Positions 10,931-23,195 of a stretch of 64,000 bases of DNA are shown piece by piece. Numbering within the stretch: position 1 is the first letter of the stretch; each line of letters begins with the position of its first letter. A model generated the notes under the pieces. That model ran no database searches. It had not been told where the DNA came from and saw only the letters and a program-made list of their open reading frames with translations. Source of the DNA: Rhizodiscina lignyota (taxonomy: Eukaryota); assembly GCA_010015805.1 (NCBI GenBank), contig ML978125.1, forward strand, positions 186,001-250,000. The letters run 5' to 3'. The translations under genes and the position numbers were made by a program.

Positions 10931-11239
10931 GGTTGTTTAGATTTATGTCCACAATCATGGAAAGGGGAATATAAATCAAAAGATGAAATATTATCATTTG
11001 CGAGACCACAAAAGTAGATAACGCCTTTCGCTATGCTGTTCGAGACTTCCTTACTTCATTCGCAAAATTAACTTGCTCTTTCCAATGTCCAGAAATAGAT
11101 CGTAAATCATCTCTGGTCCCTTGTATCGCCCACCTGCACACCTTGCTAACACCCTCCCTATTTACAATTCAAAAGTGGCGACTGGCATGTATATAATGCA
11201 GCTGCCGTATATCTTGTCCCATTGCATATACGATCTCAA

Positions 11240-11919
11240 TCAATCTCTTCCATAGGAGATTTTGGTGCGTTTGACACTCTTAGTGTCCGTATCGTCTTCA
11301 TCATCTCCAGCCTTCTTCTTCTTTGACGTTGACTTGTTCGCTCCAGTGCTTCCCGGCGTCGGATGGTTGCTTGCTCTCCCGTTCGGAGGGCCATTGGAAG
11401 TTGGCGTTGGAGCGTGTGATGGGGTAGTATTTGCAGATGATGGGGCAGGAGAGTCCTGGGACTATATGCTGTCTGAGCAAATGTACTTATGTCAGGCACA
11501 CCATGGTTTCCTTACTCTTGCAACGCTAACTGAGCTGCGGCTGAATATTCGATCACTGTCGCTGATACCAGTCCTTCGGCGCGTTGACGTGCCTCCAGTG
11601 GCACCACCTCCTCCGCCTGTGCCCGTAGCACCTTTGATGTAGTTGTCAAAGCCTTTTATGATGTTGCCAGCAGTTGTCTCTTCCAGGTAACGCGTCTCGT
11701 GGAAGAGGATGTCTTGATCAAGGCGCGCCTGGTGATGCCGTTAAGTCCATCATCGATCACTGTGAAATATCAATTACTACCAACCATTTGATCATCGAGG
11801 ATACGCTTCTTCTGGAGCGCATCTCTCAGGTCCCGCCGCAGCTTTTCAAAGTATGGCGTTCCACGAGCTTCGCCTTGGGCAGTGCCCGCCGTGCCCGGCG
11901 GTGGAGCATTCTCGGACAT
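11240..11919 (-). CDS. EAF6: NuA4 histone acetyltransferase subunit Eaf6 (two introns)
   Basis: Spliced translation MSENAPP..PYFEKLRRDLRDALQKKRILD..ETRYLEETTAGNIIKGFDNYIKG..RRRTGISDSDRIFSRSS. GNIIKGFDNY and DRIFSRSS are Eaf6 signatures. Confidence 0.92.
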
Positions 11920-12250
11920 GATGGGTCGGTATGTAGAAAGAGCTTTGTCGAAATTGATGGCACAGTCTTGTGCTAGCTGCTATCGTATCATCATACGTCC
12001 TGGCGTGTTGGAGCGATGAATGTGTAACGTGAATTGGGCATCGAAAGTTCCAGTTGCGCAGAGCCGCAAAGGGCGCGGTGTTCGCGCGCAAATCAAAGGC
12101 TGCCGATCGCGGCTCAGTCCCACTTCTTCCTTCAACATCACCACCACAACCCCAGCGCTGTCACGCGAGCTCTACCTCAAAACCAACACCACCTCCGCCT
12201 ATATCTTGCTCGCCGCTTCTGAATACGACCTTTAATCATAACAGCCTCGC

Positions 12251-13204
12251 ATGCCTCGCAACATGGATGCCAAAGAAATTGTGCTAAAAGGCAAGGACAT
12301 CACCAAAGCCTTCGCCGGTGGAGACAAACCAGATTCCCTCCTCGCTCTCCTGGACGACCTGCGCAAGGGTGTTAAAGCCTCAGAAGAGATACTGCGATCG
12401 ACGAAGATCGGTATCACAGTGAATCGGTTGCGCGCGCACAAGGACCCCAATGTGAGCCGGCAAGCTGCTGAACTGGTGGCGAAATGGCGAACCGACGTCA
12501 AGAACGCTTCCGGTGGATCGGGCTCATCGACACCAAAGGTACAGAACGGCTTGTCTTCGCCAGCTCCATCGCCAGCGCCTCCGAAGCCAAAGGCTAAGCA
12601 CAGTGTGCCGCCGGAGAAGAGGAATGCGAAGGCGGATAAGGTCGATATAAACGTGACAGGCAATCCGACGCGCGACAACTGCCTCAAGCTCATGTACGAT
12701 GGATTGGCGTTTATGTCGGAAGATAGTATGCGTTCTTAAAATGTGTTTTACCTAACAATTACTTACGTTGATGTAGTGCCTGACGAAGTTATGCGCGTTG
12801 CGCGCGACGTCGAACTCGCCGCCTTCAACAAGTTCCAGCCCGAGTCGTCTCCGGAGTACAAAAATAAGATCCGCTCGCTCTACCAGAACCTCAAGAACAA
12901 GACGAACCCTGAACTTAGGAAGCGCGTGCTGAGCGGCGAGATTATCGCTACACGGTTCGTAGTGATGAGCCACGAAGAGCTGATGTCACCCGCACGCCGC
13001 GAGGAGGACAAAAAGCTGATGAAAGAGAACATGGACAAGGCGATGGTGGCGCAAGAGGAGAAGAGCGTTAGCACGAGCTTGCAGTGCGGCAAGTGTGGTC
13101 AGAAGAAGGTTAGCTATACGCAGGCGCAAACGAGGAGTGCGGATGAGCCGATGACGACGTTCTGCGAGTGCTTGAACTGTGGTAGGAGATGGAAATTTTC
13201 ATGA
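12251..13204 (+). CDS. DST1: Transcription elongation factor TFIIS (intron 12726-12776)
   Basis: N-terminal LRSTKIGITVN, central YKNKIRSLYQNLKNKTNPELR and a C-terminal zinc ribbon CGKC..QTRSADEPMTTFCECLNCGRRWKFS. Confidence 0.97.
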
Positions 13205-13700
13205 ACGGTGCGGCCATGCGGAAGTGTGGATTCTTGCATCGCTTTGGCGCATACTGGCGTTTTATCTGCAGAATCGGGTTTTTGGAGGATATACCTGGCA
13301 GCTCATTGACGACCTCGGGAACTGATGGTGTATGATACGGAGACGATCACCTTCGATCCATTTTTCGTTGAGTCGTTTGGGGAAGTATTTGGTTTCCTGG
13401 CATTGTCTTGCCAGGACCGAGCAGAGGATTGGAGCCGATCAGTAGCGCTTTGAAATAGCTACTCACAGGCTATGAAGTTTCGGTGTCGCAGAGCACACCA
13501 TGAATTAGGTTAATGGAGCAATTTGCTCTAAGTTTTACATAGAATGCTTGTAATGCTTTCAGATGTGATTGCAGTTTAATCAGTCTGCAATGGCTCATCT
13601 TTAGTCCACGTTATGGTACAAATGACTGTCATGTGAAACCCGTTTACCTCCATGATACCTTCAAAGACGGGTATGAGCACATCTACCCTCTGCTTGTTGG

Positions 13701-15317
13701 TCACTCAATTCCTAGTGCCGCCTTCTTCAACTCTAGATCAGCTTGCAAGCTCTGCACCTTCGCCTTGGCGCGCTGCTTAAGCAGCGGATTAGTCTGCGCC
13801 TCCAGGCCCGCTTTGGCAGCTGCCAACTCCTGCTCCAGCGTCTTCAGCTCTTCTTGCTGCTGCAACAACTCCTGCTGAGCCGCAATCTCATCCTCATCCA
13901 TTTCCTCGCCGTCGTCATCGTCATCATCGTCACCATCGTCACCGTCCGCATCAGTAGTCTCTGCGCCAGAAGCAGATGGCGTTTCTGCCGCTTGTACAGC
14001 GCCGTTCGCGTTCTGTATGGCGTGTTGGGCAGCAGTTTCGATCGAAAGGGCAGCGTTGGCCGTCTCGTCTTCACCGTCGTCCATCTCGAACTCTGCTTCC
14101 ATCAACTGTGCAAGGTCGTCCTCGGCGTCACCCTCGGCATCACCCTCAGCGTCAGCCTCGGCGTCAGCTTGATCGCCAAAGTAGTCCTCCATATCTGCTT
14201 CAGCTCCATGATACTCCATTTCATCCATTTCCTCTTCTTCTTCTTCAGGCTGCTCGCTTTCTTGTCGCAGCTTGGCAAGATCGATGACCTCAATATCGAC
14301 CTTGCCGCCAGCATCCTTCACTTTCTGGTCCAGATCCAATAGTCTCGACACTTCTGTTTCGACGGCCTCGATAGTTCGGTAGCTGACTCGCTTCCTGAAC
14401 CTTCGTTTCCGCACCAGGTGCATTGGAGGTGTGAGACCATGGGGATATTGGAACGACTCTTTGTCAATCTCAGGTGGCAAAGGGGCGGTCTTCGCTTCTT
14501 CCTCATTCTTGACCTGGCCAATCACCAACAGCATCTGACAGATATCCGCACTCTTCATCCAATTCTTCTTATCCCAGCTCTTCGTTGCCTCGATGACACA
14601 TGGGAGGTCCACCAATATTGCCGCATAGTGGTTGCCCCGTATCGTGACCATACCGCGCCTTCCCTCCTTGTCAAAGAACACCATGGAAACGTCCGCTCCG
14701 CCCTCACTAGGCTTAAGCCCAATCTTCTTCTCATCAATAGCCTCGCGCAGATAGTCGCAGTCTTCACCGGGCTGCATGCGCAGAATGAACTGCGCCTCGA
14801 TCGACGGGTCCGGCTCAGCCTCAGAGTCTTCACTATCATACCCCACACCAATCGGTCGTACTGGCATTGAGCCAACATGCTTCATCTTGATGCGCGGTGT
14901 CTGCACCGGCTTGGCCGAGAACTTGAGCATCACGGGCTGTCCACCAGCACCCGTTCCAGGAATTGGGCCTGACGGGATGATGACTCTCGGCTTCTGGGGC
15001 GGACGACCCTTCGGCCGCTTCGCTGGTGTCGTCGCACCGCCATCCTCTGCTTTGCGCTTCCTGACAGTCTTCGCAGGGGTCGCGCCGTTTGCAACATCGG
15101 GTTTGGGCTTCTTGGTGTATGCCCGCTTGGGCTTCTTGTCCGCTTGGGGAGCTTGCTCGGTCGCGGGAGTCTTGATGGTAAAGGTAATCTTCGGGCCACT
15201 ACTGCCTGGGGTAGGAGGTACCTCTGATGTCGGTGTGGGCGCAACTGCGCCTGGAACGGGCGTAGAGCTGCTGGCGCCAGCGCCCGCATCACCTTTGGGT
15301 TTGAAGGAGATCTTCAT
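13701..15317 (-). CDS. TAF7: TFIID subunit 7 (TAFII55 N-terminal domain)
   Basis: IEAQFILRM, LVDLPCVIEATKSWDKKNWMKSADICQML and YPHGLTPPMHLVRKRRFRKR, followed by an acidic and coiled-coil C-terminus. Likely ATG at 15317. Confidence 0.95.
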   Translation of the reverse strand: MKISFKPKGDAGAGASSSTPVPGAVAPTPTSEVPPTPGSSGPKITFTIKTPATEQAPQADKKPKRAYTKKPKPDVANGATPAKTVRKRKAEDGGATTPAKRPKGRPPQKPRVIIPSGPIPGTGAGGQPVMLKFSAKPVQTPRIKMKHVGSMPVRPIGVGYDSEDSEAEPDPSIEAQFILRMQPGEDCDYLREAIDEKKIGLKPSEGGADVSMVFFDKEGRRGMVTIRGNHYAAILVDLPCVIEATKSWDKKNWMKSADICQMLLVIGQVKNEEEAKTAPLPPEIDKESFQYPHGLTPPMHLVRKRRFRKRVSYRTIEAVETEVSRLLDLDQKVKDAGGKVDIEVIDLAKLRQESEQPEEEEEEMDEMEYHGAEADMEDYFGDQADAEADAEGDAEGDAEDDLAQLMEAEFEMDDGEDETANAALSIETAAQHAIQNANGAVQAAETPSASGAETTDADGDDGDDDDDDDGEEMDEDEIAAQQELLQQQEELKTLEQELAAAKAGLEAQTNPLLKQRAKAKVQSLQADLELKKAALGIE

Positions 15318-15691
15318 TTTAGCGGTGGAACATCTGAAGTGTGGGTTGAGACTGCGGTGGTTGTTGAGAGGAGGAGTGTAAGACGGCGGAAGAAAGTTGG
15401 GTGATGCGAGAAGTGATGGAGGAGATGGATGGTGTCGCGTGTAGGATGCGAGGTGGAGGTTACAAAAAGTGGCGCGCGGCAGAGCTTGGGCCACCTCTTT
15501 CACATCTGCACTTTCAACTTCGACTTCAACTTGAATTTGCGCACATTCACATCACAACTCGCAACACGTGCGCACGATCTGATCACACCAAAACAGCGCT
15601 GATATACCTCACGAAGCTCGAGCCGTCGACTTCACTACTTCACGACCTACAATGACGTATCGGTAGTGACACGGTATCCTCTGGCAAAGCC

Positions 15692-16481
15692 ATGGACACA
15701 CGAAAATTCCACAACGCGCTCTTGCGCCCCGCCGTCCTTCAGATTCTTCGAGCGGCAGGTTTCCAATCAGCGCGACCATTCGCGGTGGATGCATTAACAG
15801 ACATCACCAGCCTCTACCTCAGACAGCTTGCGCAGCGCACTGCGGAGCATGCGATCGCACACCACGGCGATCTTATTGCAGACGTTACAGACGTTCGCAT
15901 GGCTATGAACGACTGCGCCGTTTTTGCGCCTATTCTGACGCCGACGGAAGAAGCGTGGAAAGAGGTGCTGAGGAAGCCTTTAGAAGAGTATCACGAGAAT
16001 GCCAGGGCGCAAGAGCAGCGCAGCAGAGATGAGGAGGACACGAGAGAGATAAAAGAGTTCATCGAATGGGTGCGAGGGGACGTGAATAAGGAGATTGCAC
16101 GGATTGCAGGGTTGGTCGCTGATGCGAACACTGTTATTGCCCCCGAGCCAAGCAATCTGAAGGATGACTATGTGACGGGTAAGTTGACTTCAGTGCCCTC
16201 TCAAGGGGCTGCGTGTTATACTAAATCTATCTTCTACAGCTCTCAAGAAGAAACACAGCAAGACGGGAGAGGAGTCTCGATTTCAAGGGTCAGTATTGGG
16301 TATTCAGGCTGAGGACAGAGCCGTCAAAGTTGAAGGCGGCTCTGTTGATTCACTACAAGAGTGGAATGAATGGGCGGCGCAAAGAGCTTCGAAACTTGCC
16401 ATTGTTGAGGCTGGCAATGGCTACGAAGCAGAGATGATCGATGAAGACCACGATAAAGATCAAATCATGTCTGAAGGATGA
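15692..16481 (+). CDS. TAF3: Bromodomain-associated (BTP) histone-fold protein, TAF3-like (intron 16179-16239)
   Basis: LRPAVLQILRAAGF..A.P.AVDALTDI...YL and DVTDVRMAM histone-fold motifs. The spliced C-terminus reads ALKKKHSKTGEESRFQGSVLG. Confidence 0.75.
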
Positions 16482-16636
16482 AGCTGCCATCGACTTCACT
16501 TTTTCTGCAGCACGCGTGACGAAATCTATCACAGCAGCACCGTCGCTGAGGCAGGCCAAGGATTTCACAGATGCGACGGAAGACATTTCCGACAAGAGGA
16601 CATTTGAGCAATGGAGACATCGTTGACGACTTGGCC

Positions 16637-16663
16637 ATTCAGGAGATTCAGGAGATTCAGGAG
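16637..16663. repeat. 9-bp tandem repeat (ATTCAGGAG)x3
   Basis: Directly visible downstream of the TAF3-like stop codon. Confidence 0.85.
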
Positions 16664-17308
16664 ACCTTCGACGAATTGGACAAGACATTGGCGTCCGACA
16701 ACTAGGTCAAGTTGCCGTGGTGTTGTGCTTATTCTCAGACAGGGTTTTCTCATCCTCCGTTAACTGCGGACATTGACTTGTGTAGCCTCTGCTTTGTAGG
16801 CCTTCGTCTTTCACACGCTAGCAACACTTTGCAAGGCGACGAATGGTACGCTCTTGTTAGCGCCATCTGGAGAAGGATGGACTAAAACGTCACAAAGGAT
16901 GCGTTTGAGATCTTCGTCCTCAGCTTGAGTGTATCTTACAAATCACGACGCATCAATGGGGAAAGTGAGTGCCGATTGCAATAAGAAGCTATGCCAAATG
17001 TGCTGCTCGCCGTGATGATAAGGACTGATTCAAGGACTGCAGTATCAAATGACGCCTAACGCGACGCTTGCCAAAACATCACAGACCAAATCAAATCGTC
17101 AAGTCATGCCATTGGAACTCGCTCCTGAGCGTAGTGTACGCCATGCCGTCTATCAGTTCGGTCTTGTCCGAAGTCTTCACCGCTCTCCCGCTCGCCTTGC
17201 TGAAATACAATTTTGTGCAATCAAGAGACTTGACCAGACATTTGAGTCTTGTCGTCTTGCAACAGTAAAAACTTCCCCCCAGTGTCCTCTAACGGTACCA
17301 TCTCCATA

Positions 17309-17708
17309 CTAGAATTTTCCACTAATACCCAGATGATCTCGGCCCGTCACTTTTTTGGCTTGAGCCTTGCGTTGATTCTCCAGTCTGACGCTCGTTGGTG
17401 ACTTCGCCATGCCGAGAGGATTCGACGCCGTGCCTGTTCGAGGGCCTGACGCCTTGGTGGCGTCCTTAATGCCGTTTCCATAGTCGCGAGTCGCGTTTGC
17501 CCAACCCCGTGTGGAATTCGAAATGCTGTGCAGTGTCTCATGTTAGTGTGTTTACGACTCATGTGCTAGACGAGGAGCACACTTACGCATTCCCAACGTT
17601 CTGACCGGCTCCTGCCACGCCATTGCCCACGGAATTGACGACCCCGCCGGCCATGTTGCCAGCTGCCGACGTGGCGTTTTGGACTTGCTTGTTAATCCAG
17701 TTTGCCAT
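17309..17708 (-). CDS. Small Gly/Asn/Ala-rich uncharacterised protein, 112 aa (intron 17526-17586)
   Basis: MANWINKQVQNATSAAGNMAGGVVNSVGNGVAGAGQNVGNA is joined by a GTAAGT...CTAAC...CAG intron to ISNSTRGWANATRDYGNGIKDATKASGPRTGTASNPLG...KF*, in frame. Confidence 0.8.
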
Positions 17709-18699
17709 GACTCTGTGAAGGAGGGTGTGCAGGTGTGCAGGTGTGCAGGCGGGTGAGGTCAGTGGATGCAGAGTTAGATTTGATTGTCTCAAGCGGAGTT
17801 CAGTGCGAAACCAAGCTTTTCACGAACATGTCTAGGGGTGCGCAGGCAGATCGTCCTCATATATGCATCAGATAGCTCCCTGCACGGCAAAAACTTGGGG
17901 CGATCGCGTCGACGTCATGGGCAATCCCCGCCGGAGGAAGCGCCAGCACGTGATGCCTGTTCTGGCGCCTTCCAATCCCGGGCCGGGAGCGACGAGAGCC
18001 AATTTCAGGCGCTGCATTAAGCTTCATTCAAAGCCCACGAAATCAAGGGAAACGCCCGGAGCTGACCGACCGGTGGCTGAACGCCGTGGGCGATCATGGT
18101 CTTCGTTCCGTGTGTGATGGAGCAGAACTGGAATGGCCAGTGTGAGCATACCTGACGAGGAGCAGCCAAAGTAGGAGCTACACCGCAGTACCAAGGTGGA
18201 AGCATTAAATGAGAGCCTGGTTGCGCTCAGACCGAACATCAACCATACGTACAAACAGCAGAAGCACTGCTTTAAGGCGACCTGAGGCCGAGAATTTGGG
18301 AGTTGGCGATGCGAATGCGGGTGTCAAGGCCATCGCTTTTGGGCACACGGGCCACTGCCCCCTGCACCAATCCGCGCCGTGATAGGTCGCCTTGAAAAGT
18401 GAGGCTTCCAGCGTGGAGACTGGACTTCGCTTCTTGTCGGGCCGCATAAAACTCCAGTCGCTCTTCCACCACCACAACGCTCCATCTCCCCCTTATCCTC
18501 CACCAAGCCCTTCCATCAACGACACTTGTTCCTCAGCGCCGCTCAACTCACCCTATACTACGTTGCAACCTCCACGTGCATTTCAAGGGCGCACCACCTC
18601 TTAGCCTCGCTCTCATCACCCCTAACACCCTCTCGTTTCTCAATATGAGCTCAACTCGATAGCTCCATCGCGGCTGGCACAGGAGTAGATCTTCCAGCC

Positions 18700-21600
18700 A
18701 TGGATGACGACCGTATGAGCGTTTCGAGCGGCTCTTCCGATTTGTATGGTGCTTCCGACACGGGCTACGCCGCGAACATCGTCGCGACCGCGGACACCAT
18801 TGCGGGTGCTCAAAGCGAGCATTCAACACCAAAACATGGCCTCGACGATATTGACGATATGCGTCTAGACAAGCGACCTCGAGTTGAAAATGATCAGTCG
18901 CTGACTGGCGCCTCCACACCCACTTCTGCCAACCGCCTCCCTGCCGAGATTTGGCAACACATTCTCTCATACCTCTCACCTCCGCAGTTGGGCAGGTTGA
19001 TGCAAGTCAACAAAGCTCTTCGGGACTGCCTTGATGGAGCCATTCCACCAAATCAACAGTCGATAAATGGCGTACTTCGCACTATGGACGCAGAGTCTTT
19101 ATGGGCTCGTTGGCGGACAGTCAATGTTCCAAATATGCCAAAACCGTTAGAAGGCATGAGCGAACGGGACATGTGGCGACTGATTCGAGGACTCCGTTGC
19201 GAGCTCTGCGACAAGCTTGACAACCAGCCGCGACAACCTATACCTGTGGATGTATGGCATGGAGGACCGGCCATGCAGACCACGAGAGTAGTCTGGCCTT
19301 TCGGTACACGATGTTGCGGCGAGTGCTTATACAAGACTTGCCAAAAGGTAAAAAGACGTTGGCGCTTATATTCCGAGAATTTGACGTTTCTCAGGACACA
19401 CAACTGCTCTGTACCGATGTGAAACCCTTCATGTCTGCCCTCCCATACGCATTTTTGACGCACGACTGGAATTACGTTCCAACCACCGTTGTGACCGAGT
19501 CTACAATTCCCCCTGGCCTCCACATCTCCAAGCAATTTCTCAAAGCGCATGCGGATGAGATTTTGAAGGAATGGGAGCATGTCAAGTCACTCGGAAAGCC
19601 AGCAGCTGATGAGTGGAGCAAAGGCTTAGCTGGCACGGGAAAGTACACCATGACAGATGCCGCGCGATGGGAACGCTGGGAAACAAAGGGTGGTCTCAAC
19701 GGTGTCCTTTTCATGCTCACACCACAGCAGCCACAAGTGACTCCCCCTGTGTACACACAAATGGCACAACCTACACCATCACAGCCTTGGGGTGCGAACC
19801 AGTTCTCTTGGCCTCAAACGTCATCTCAGCCGCAGTTCTTCCAGCCACAACCCATTTCGATGGCCCAACAACCCTTTCACCATACTTCAACGACAGCGGG
19901 TCCTCAACATTACTTCCAAACTTCTCCAGCTGGCATCCAAAATCCATTCCCACAACCTGGTCCGATATCCACACCTCATGGGCAAACACCAGGTGCATAT
20001 GGACAGCCTCCAAACCTGCCTCAAACCCAGACACCTCAACATCGAGTCGAGCGCAACGCACGCGACGCTACCGAAGCCAAATACATCAGACGGAAGGCAA
20101 TTGTGGAGAGATGCGTGTCTGACATTGATCCACCTCTTCCGGAGAACGTTTTGCGTCACATGGAATCGTTTCAAGCCGCCACACAAATCTCTGCGCGTCT
20201 CACGGACGGCGCCTGGGAAGTTTTGAAGCCCCGTCTTATTGCTCAGAGGCCAGCTGCAGAAGCAATGGAGCGTGAACACACTGCGCAACTTCTCGCATTG
20301 CAGGCACAAGTAAATGCTGAAAATAAGCGGAACATATACTCCAAAGAGGCAAAGGACGCGCAGGAACGGGAGTGGGAAGAAGCTCTCAAGCCCCAACGAG
20401 AGAAGCTTAGCTCGTACGCCGATCAATACGTCAAGCAGCATTGGAAAGGTGGACATTCCATAAACAGCGGTAATGTCGCGCTTTTCGCAATCTCCGTCTT
20501 CAATCACGTCCGAAAGCAGTTCTACACCGAACTCGAGGTGCAGGACAGGCTTGCTATGGTAACTGGCCAACCGATTCCAACTGATCTTCCCGATGGACCC
20601 TTTTTGCGACGCTTGACGCTCGAGACCATGAAGTGGGTGTACGATAACAAGATTCGGCCGCTCACTCGTGACTTTGGGAAGGAGATATTCTACTGCAACG
20701 GCGATGGATGCGAGTCGAACAGCAAGCTTTACGCCTTCGAGGGTGTCATTCAGCACTATGGTGCAAAGCATACTAACAACTTCAGCAAAGGCAACGTGAT
20801 CATACATTGGCAAACAGCAGATTGGCCTGAGGATCTACCATTCTTTGACCCTGGATCTGGACCCACAACGCGGTATAGTCATCATACAAATGGTGGGTTT
20901 TCTCGCGGCACCACAATAACGCCCCAGGTTACGTCGAGCGCTCCATTCAGTGTTCCTTCACTTACGACAAGTCCTTACACCCCGCTTTCTGGATACGGAC
21001 ATGGACCTTTCCCTCCACCAATTGGCGCTGCAAACGGATTCTCACCACCAGGCCACCACCCATACAGCCACGTATCTGCTCCTTCCCTTGGTGCCAGCTC
21101 GCAGACGATCTCTCAGTCATTCGACCCAATGGACTTGAGCCAGTATTTTCCAAAAGGCCCGTTGACTAACTTACCCAGTCCATCTGCGGTTACGCCAGGC
21201 ACAGAGGTCACTCCGTTCTCAGCTCCAGTCGTTGACTTGTTGAATGCTTTGGGTATTAAATCCGTCCCTCCACTGGCTGCAGTACCTCCACCTTTGGAAG
21301 CCTCCGCGCCACCGGAGAAGAAGCCCACGCTTTTGGACACTGACGTTCCAGACTTCCAGGTCTACCAAGACCAGTTGAAGTTCATTGCAGACACGGGGCG
21401 TTCAATCTGGAATAGCCTTCCGGCTATTCTTGACATCCCTCAAAGTGTAAGGGTATTTGCTGTCATTCATCATACTGTCTCGCAGTTCCTCAATCGTTTT
21501 GACGTCAACCTCTCTCTCGAGACTTTTACAGCTGCTCTTACAAACAACCCGCTTTTGGAGCCGCTGAAGAACGCGAATGACCTTTCGTGTCAGCTTTGTG

Positions 21601-23195
21601 AGCATCCGGCCTCCTCAGGCTCAAGTCCACGTCATTTGGTTGAACCCACGGATTTGTCTCATCTGATTTCTCATTTCAAGACTGCCCATGTCGATGCAAA
21701 TGGTCCATCTAATAACCACCAGCGCGTCAATTGGGCAACAAACATGGTCGCACTTCCTCCAGATGAGTTCATTTCGGGCCTGGTGTCAACTCCTGGCATC
21801 ACTGATGAGAGACTTGCCATCCTCTCTGATGCGTTTCCAAATCTCCTTCCTCGGAGATTTCCCCGCCAAAAGGATTCAGATTTTCGACCAAAGCAGAAGA
21901 ATAGACACCGCTTCACGCGTAAGTTCTCCGGTCGCCGACAAGCCTCCGAGGACCCAATGGACATGGATCCTGACCCAAGGCATTCCACTTGGGATGACGC
22001 TCAGAACAAGCCAAACGGAGATGATCATGGTTACCACGGCTTTTCTCGATTCTCAAGGAGCCCACAAGGAGGGCATGATCGACGACGAACACCAAAGCTG
22101 TACGATGAGAAGCGAGGAGGAGAGGAATATGATCCAAGTCGGCCAGCCTTGCCGTTCGAACCAGCTGGCAGTGATCGAAAACGCGACCGCGACGTCCGTC
22201 GCAAGCGGAGTGGAGCAGACGCGGATTTGGCCACATTGATCATGTCAGCCAGTGCTGAAGCACACCGTGCGGCCGAGGAGGAGAATGCCAGGCGTGGTAT
22301 TGTTCCGGAAGCGATCCCTCGTACGGAGCCATTTGGACAGCCACTGTATACCGCGAGTCCTGCAGCACAGCATAGTCGACTCATTCCACAAGGCGGACAT
22401 GAGGATCATTCGTATCAGATGCGTTACACCCGATCAGCCAGCTACGAGACGGACAGGCGGCCCGTACCATGTGAGACATTGATTCGTGAAGGAAGGTACT
22501 ACTCCAAAACTGATGGTTTGTTAGATGCAGATAACTCCTACATGGAACGTGCCAATGATCCAAGCCCAGGCCAGGTTCCACGTGAGGAATTTTATCCGGA
22601 GAGAACCGCATCCCGTCATCGGACCACTCGAGACTACCACGAGGGGACGTATCGCACCGATGAGCCAATTGTCCGATCTCGCAGCAGCCGCTATGCCAGA
22701 TATGATGAGCAAGAGCGCCTTCTCCGAGATAGGTCGCGCTCACCCAGCAGATTTGAGGAACCAGTGTATGTGGAACGTAGCTATCGCCAGCCTCGTGAAC
22801 ATCCACCACCACCTCCAGCGACGCGCACCTCTCCTCTGCAGCGACCACCACCTCCTCCAGCGACGCGCACCTCTCCTTTGCAGCGACAGTATTCCGACGA
22901 AAGAGAGCCCATCTACGTTGACGAGTATGGCCGACCAGTTCAGGTTCGCCTCATCCGAGTGCGTGACGAGCCCACTTCGAGGTACATTGGACGTCCCGGC
23001 GAGGAATTGGTCGAATACATCGATCGACGACCAGCACCAGCATACGATGACCGAGCAGCATATCGATACTACGAAGACGACAGAGCACCCGCAACACACC
23101 CGACACACCCCACGACTGACCCACGATACGACCCACGATCTCTACCGATGCATTCTCAACCGGCACCGGCACGGGATGCAAGATACGTTGATTAG
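18700..23195 (+). CDS. Large F-box protein with Cys/His zinc-binding motifs (intron 19348-19394)
   Basis: F-box LPAEIWQHILSYL, Cys motifs CELC..RVVWPFGTRCCGEC and FYCNGDGC..FEGVIQHYGAKH, and a long low-complexity C-terminus. Confidence 0.88.
22803..22886 (+). repeat. 42-bp in-frame tandem duplication (PPPPPATRTSPLQR x2)
   Basis: Two near-identical units at 22803-22844 and 22845-22886. Confidence 0.9.

Noticed and set aside
6240..11050. Penelope-like retroelement or Starship as the identity of the island
   Set aside because: I saw no reverse transcriptase motifs, no tyrosine recombinase captain gene and no terminal repeats.
15318..15503. N-terminal extension of the TAF7 ORF (600 aa in the track)
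   Set aside because: It lies in the shared promoter/UTR; the ATG at 15317 (MKISFK) is the more plausible start.
17005..17045. GTGATGA...CTGA resembling C/D snoRNA boxes
   Set aside because: The boxes are too close together, and I found no terminal stem or recognisable rRNA guide sequence.
19887..20813. 308-aa antisense ORF within the F-box gene, and similar ones in TAF7, KEX2, PhoD and DEP1
   Set aside because: Antisense shadows produced by the codon bias of the real genes.
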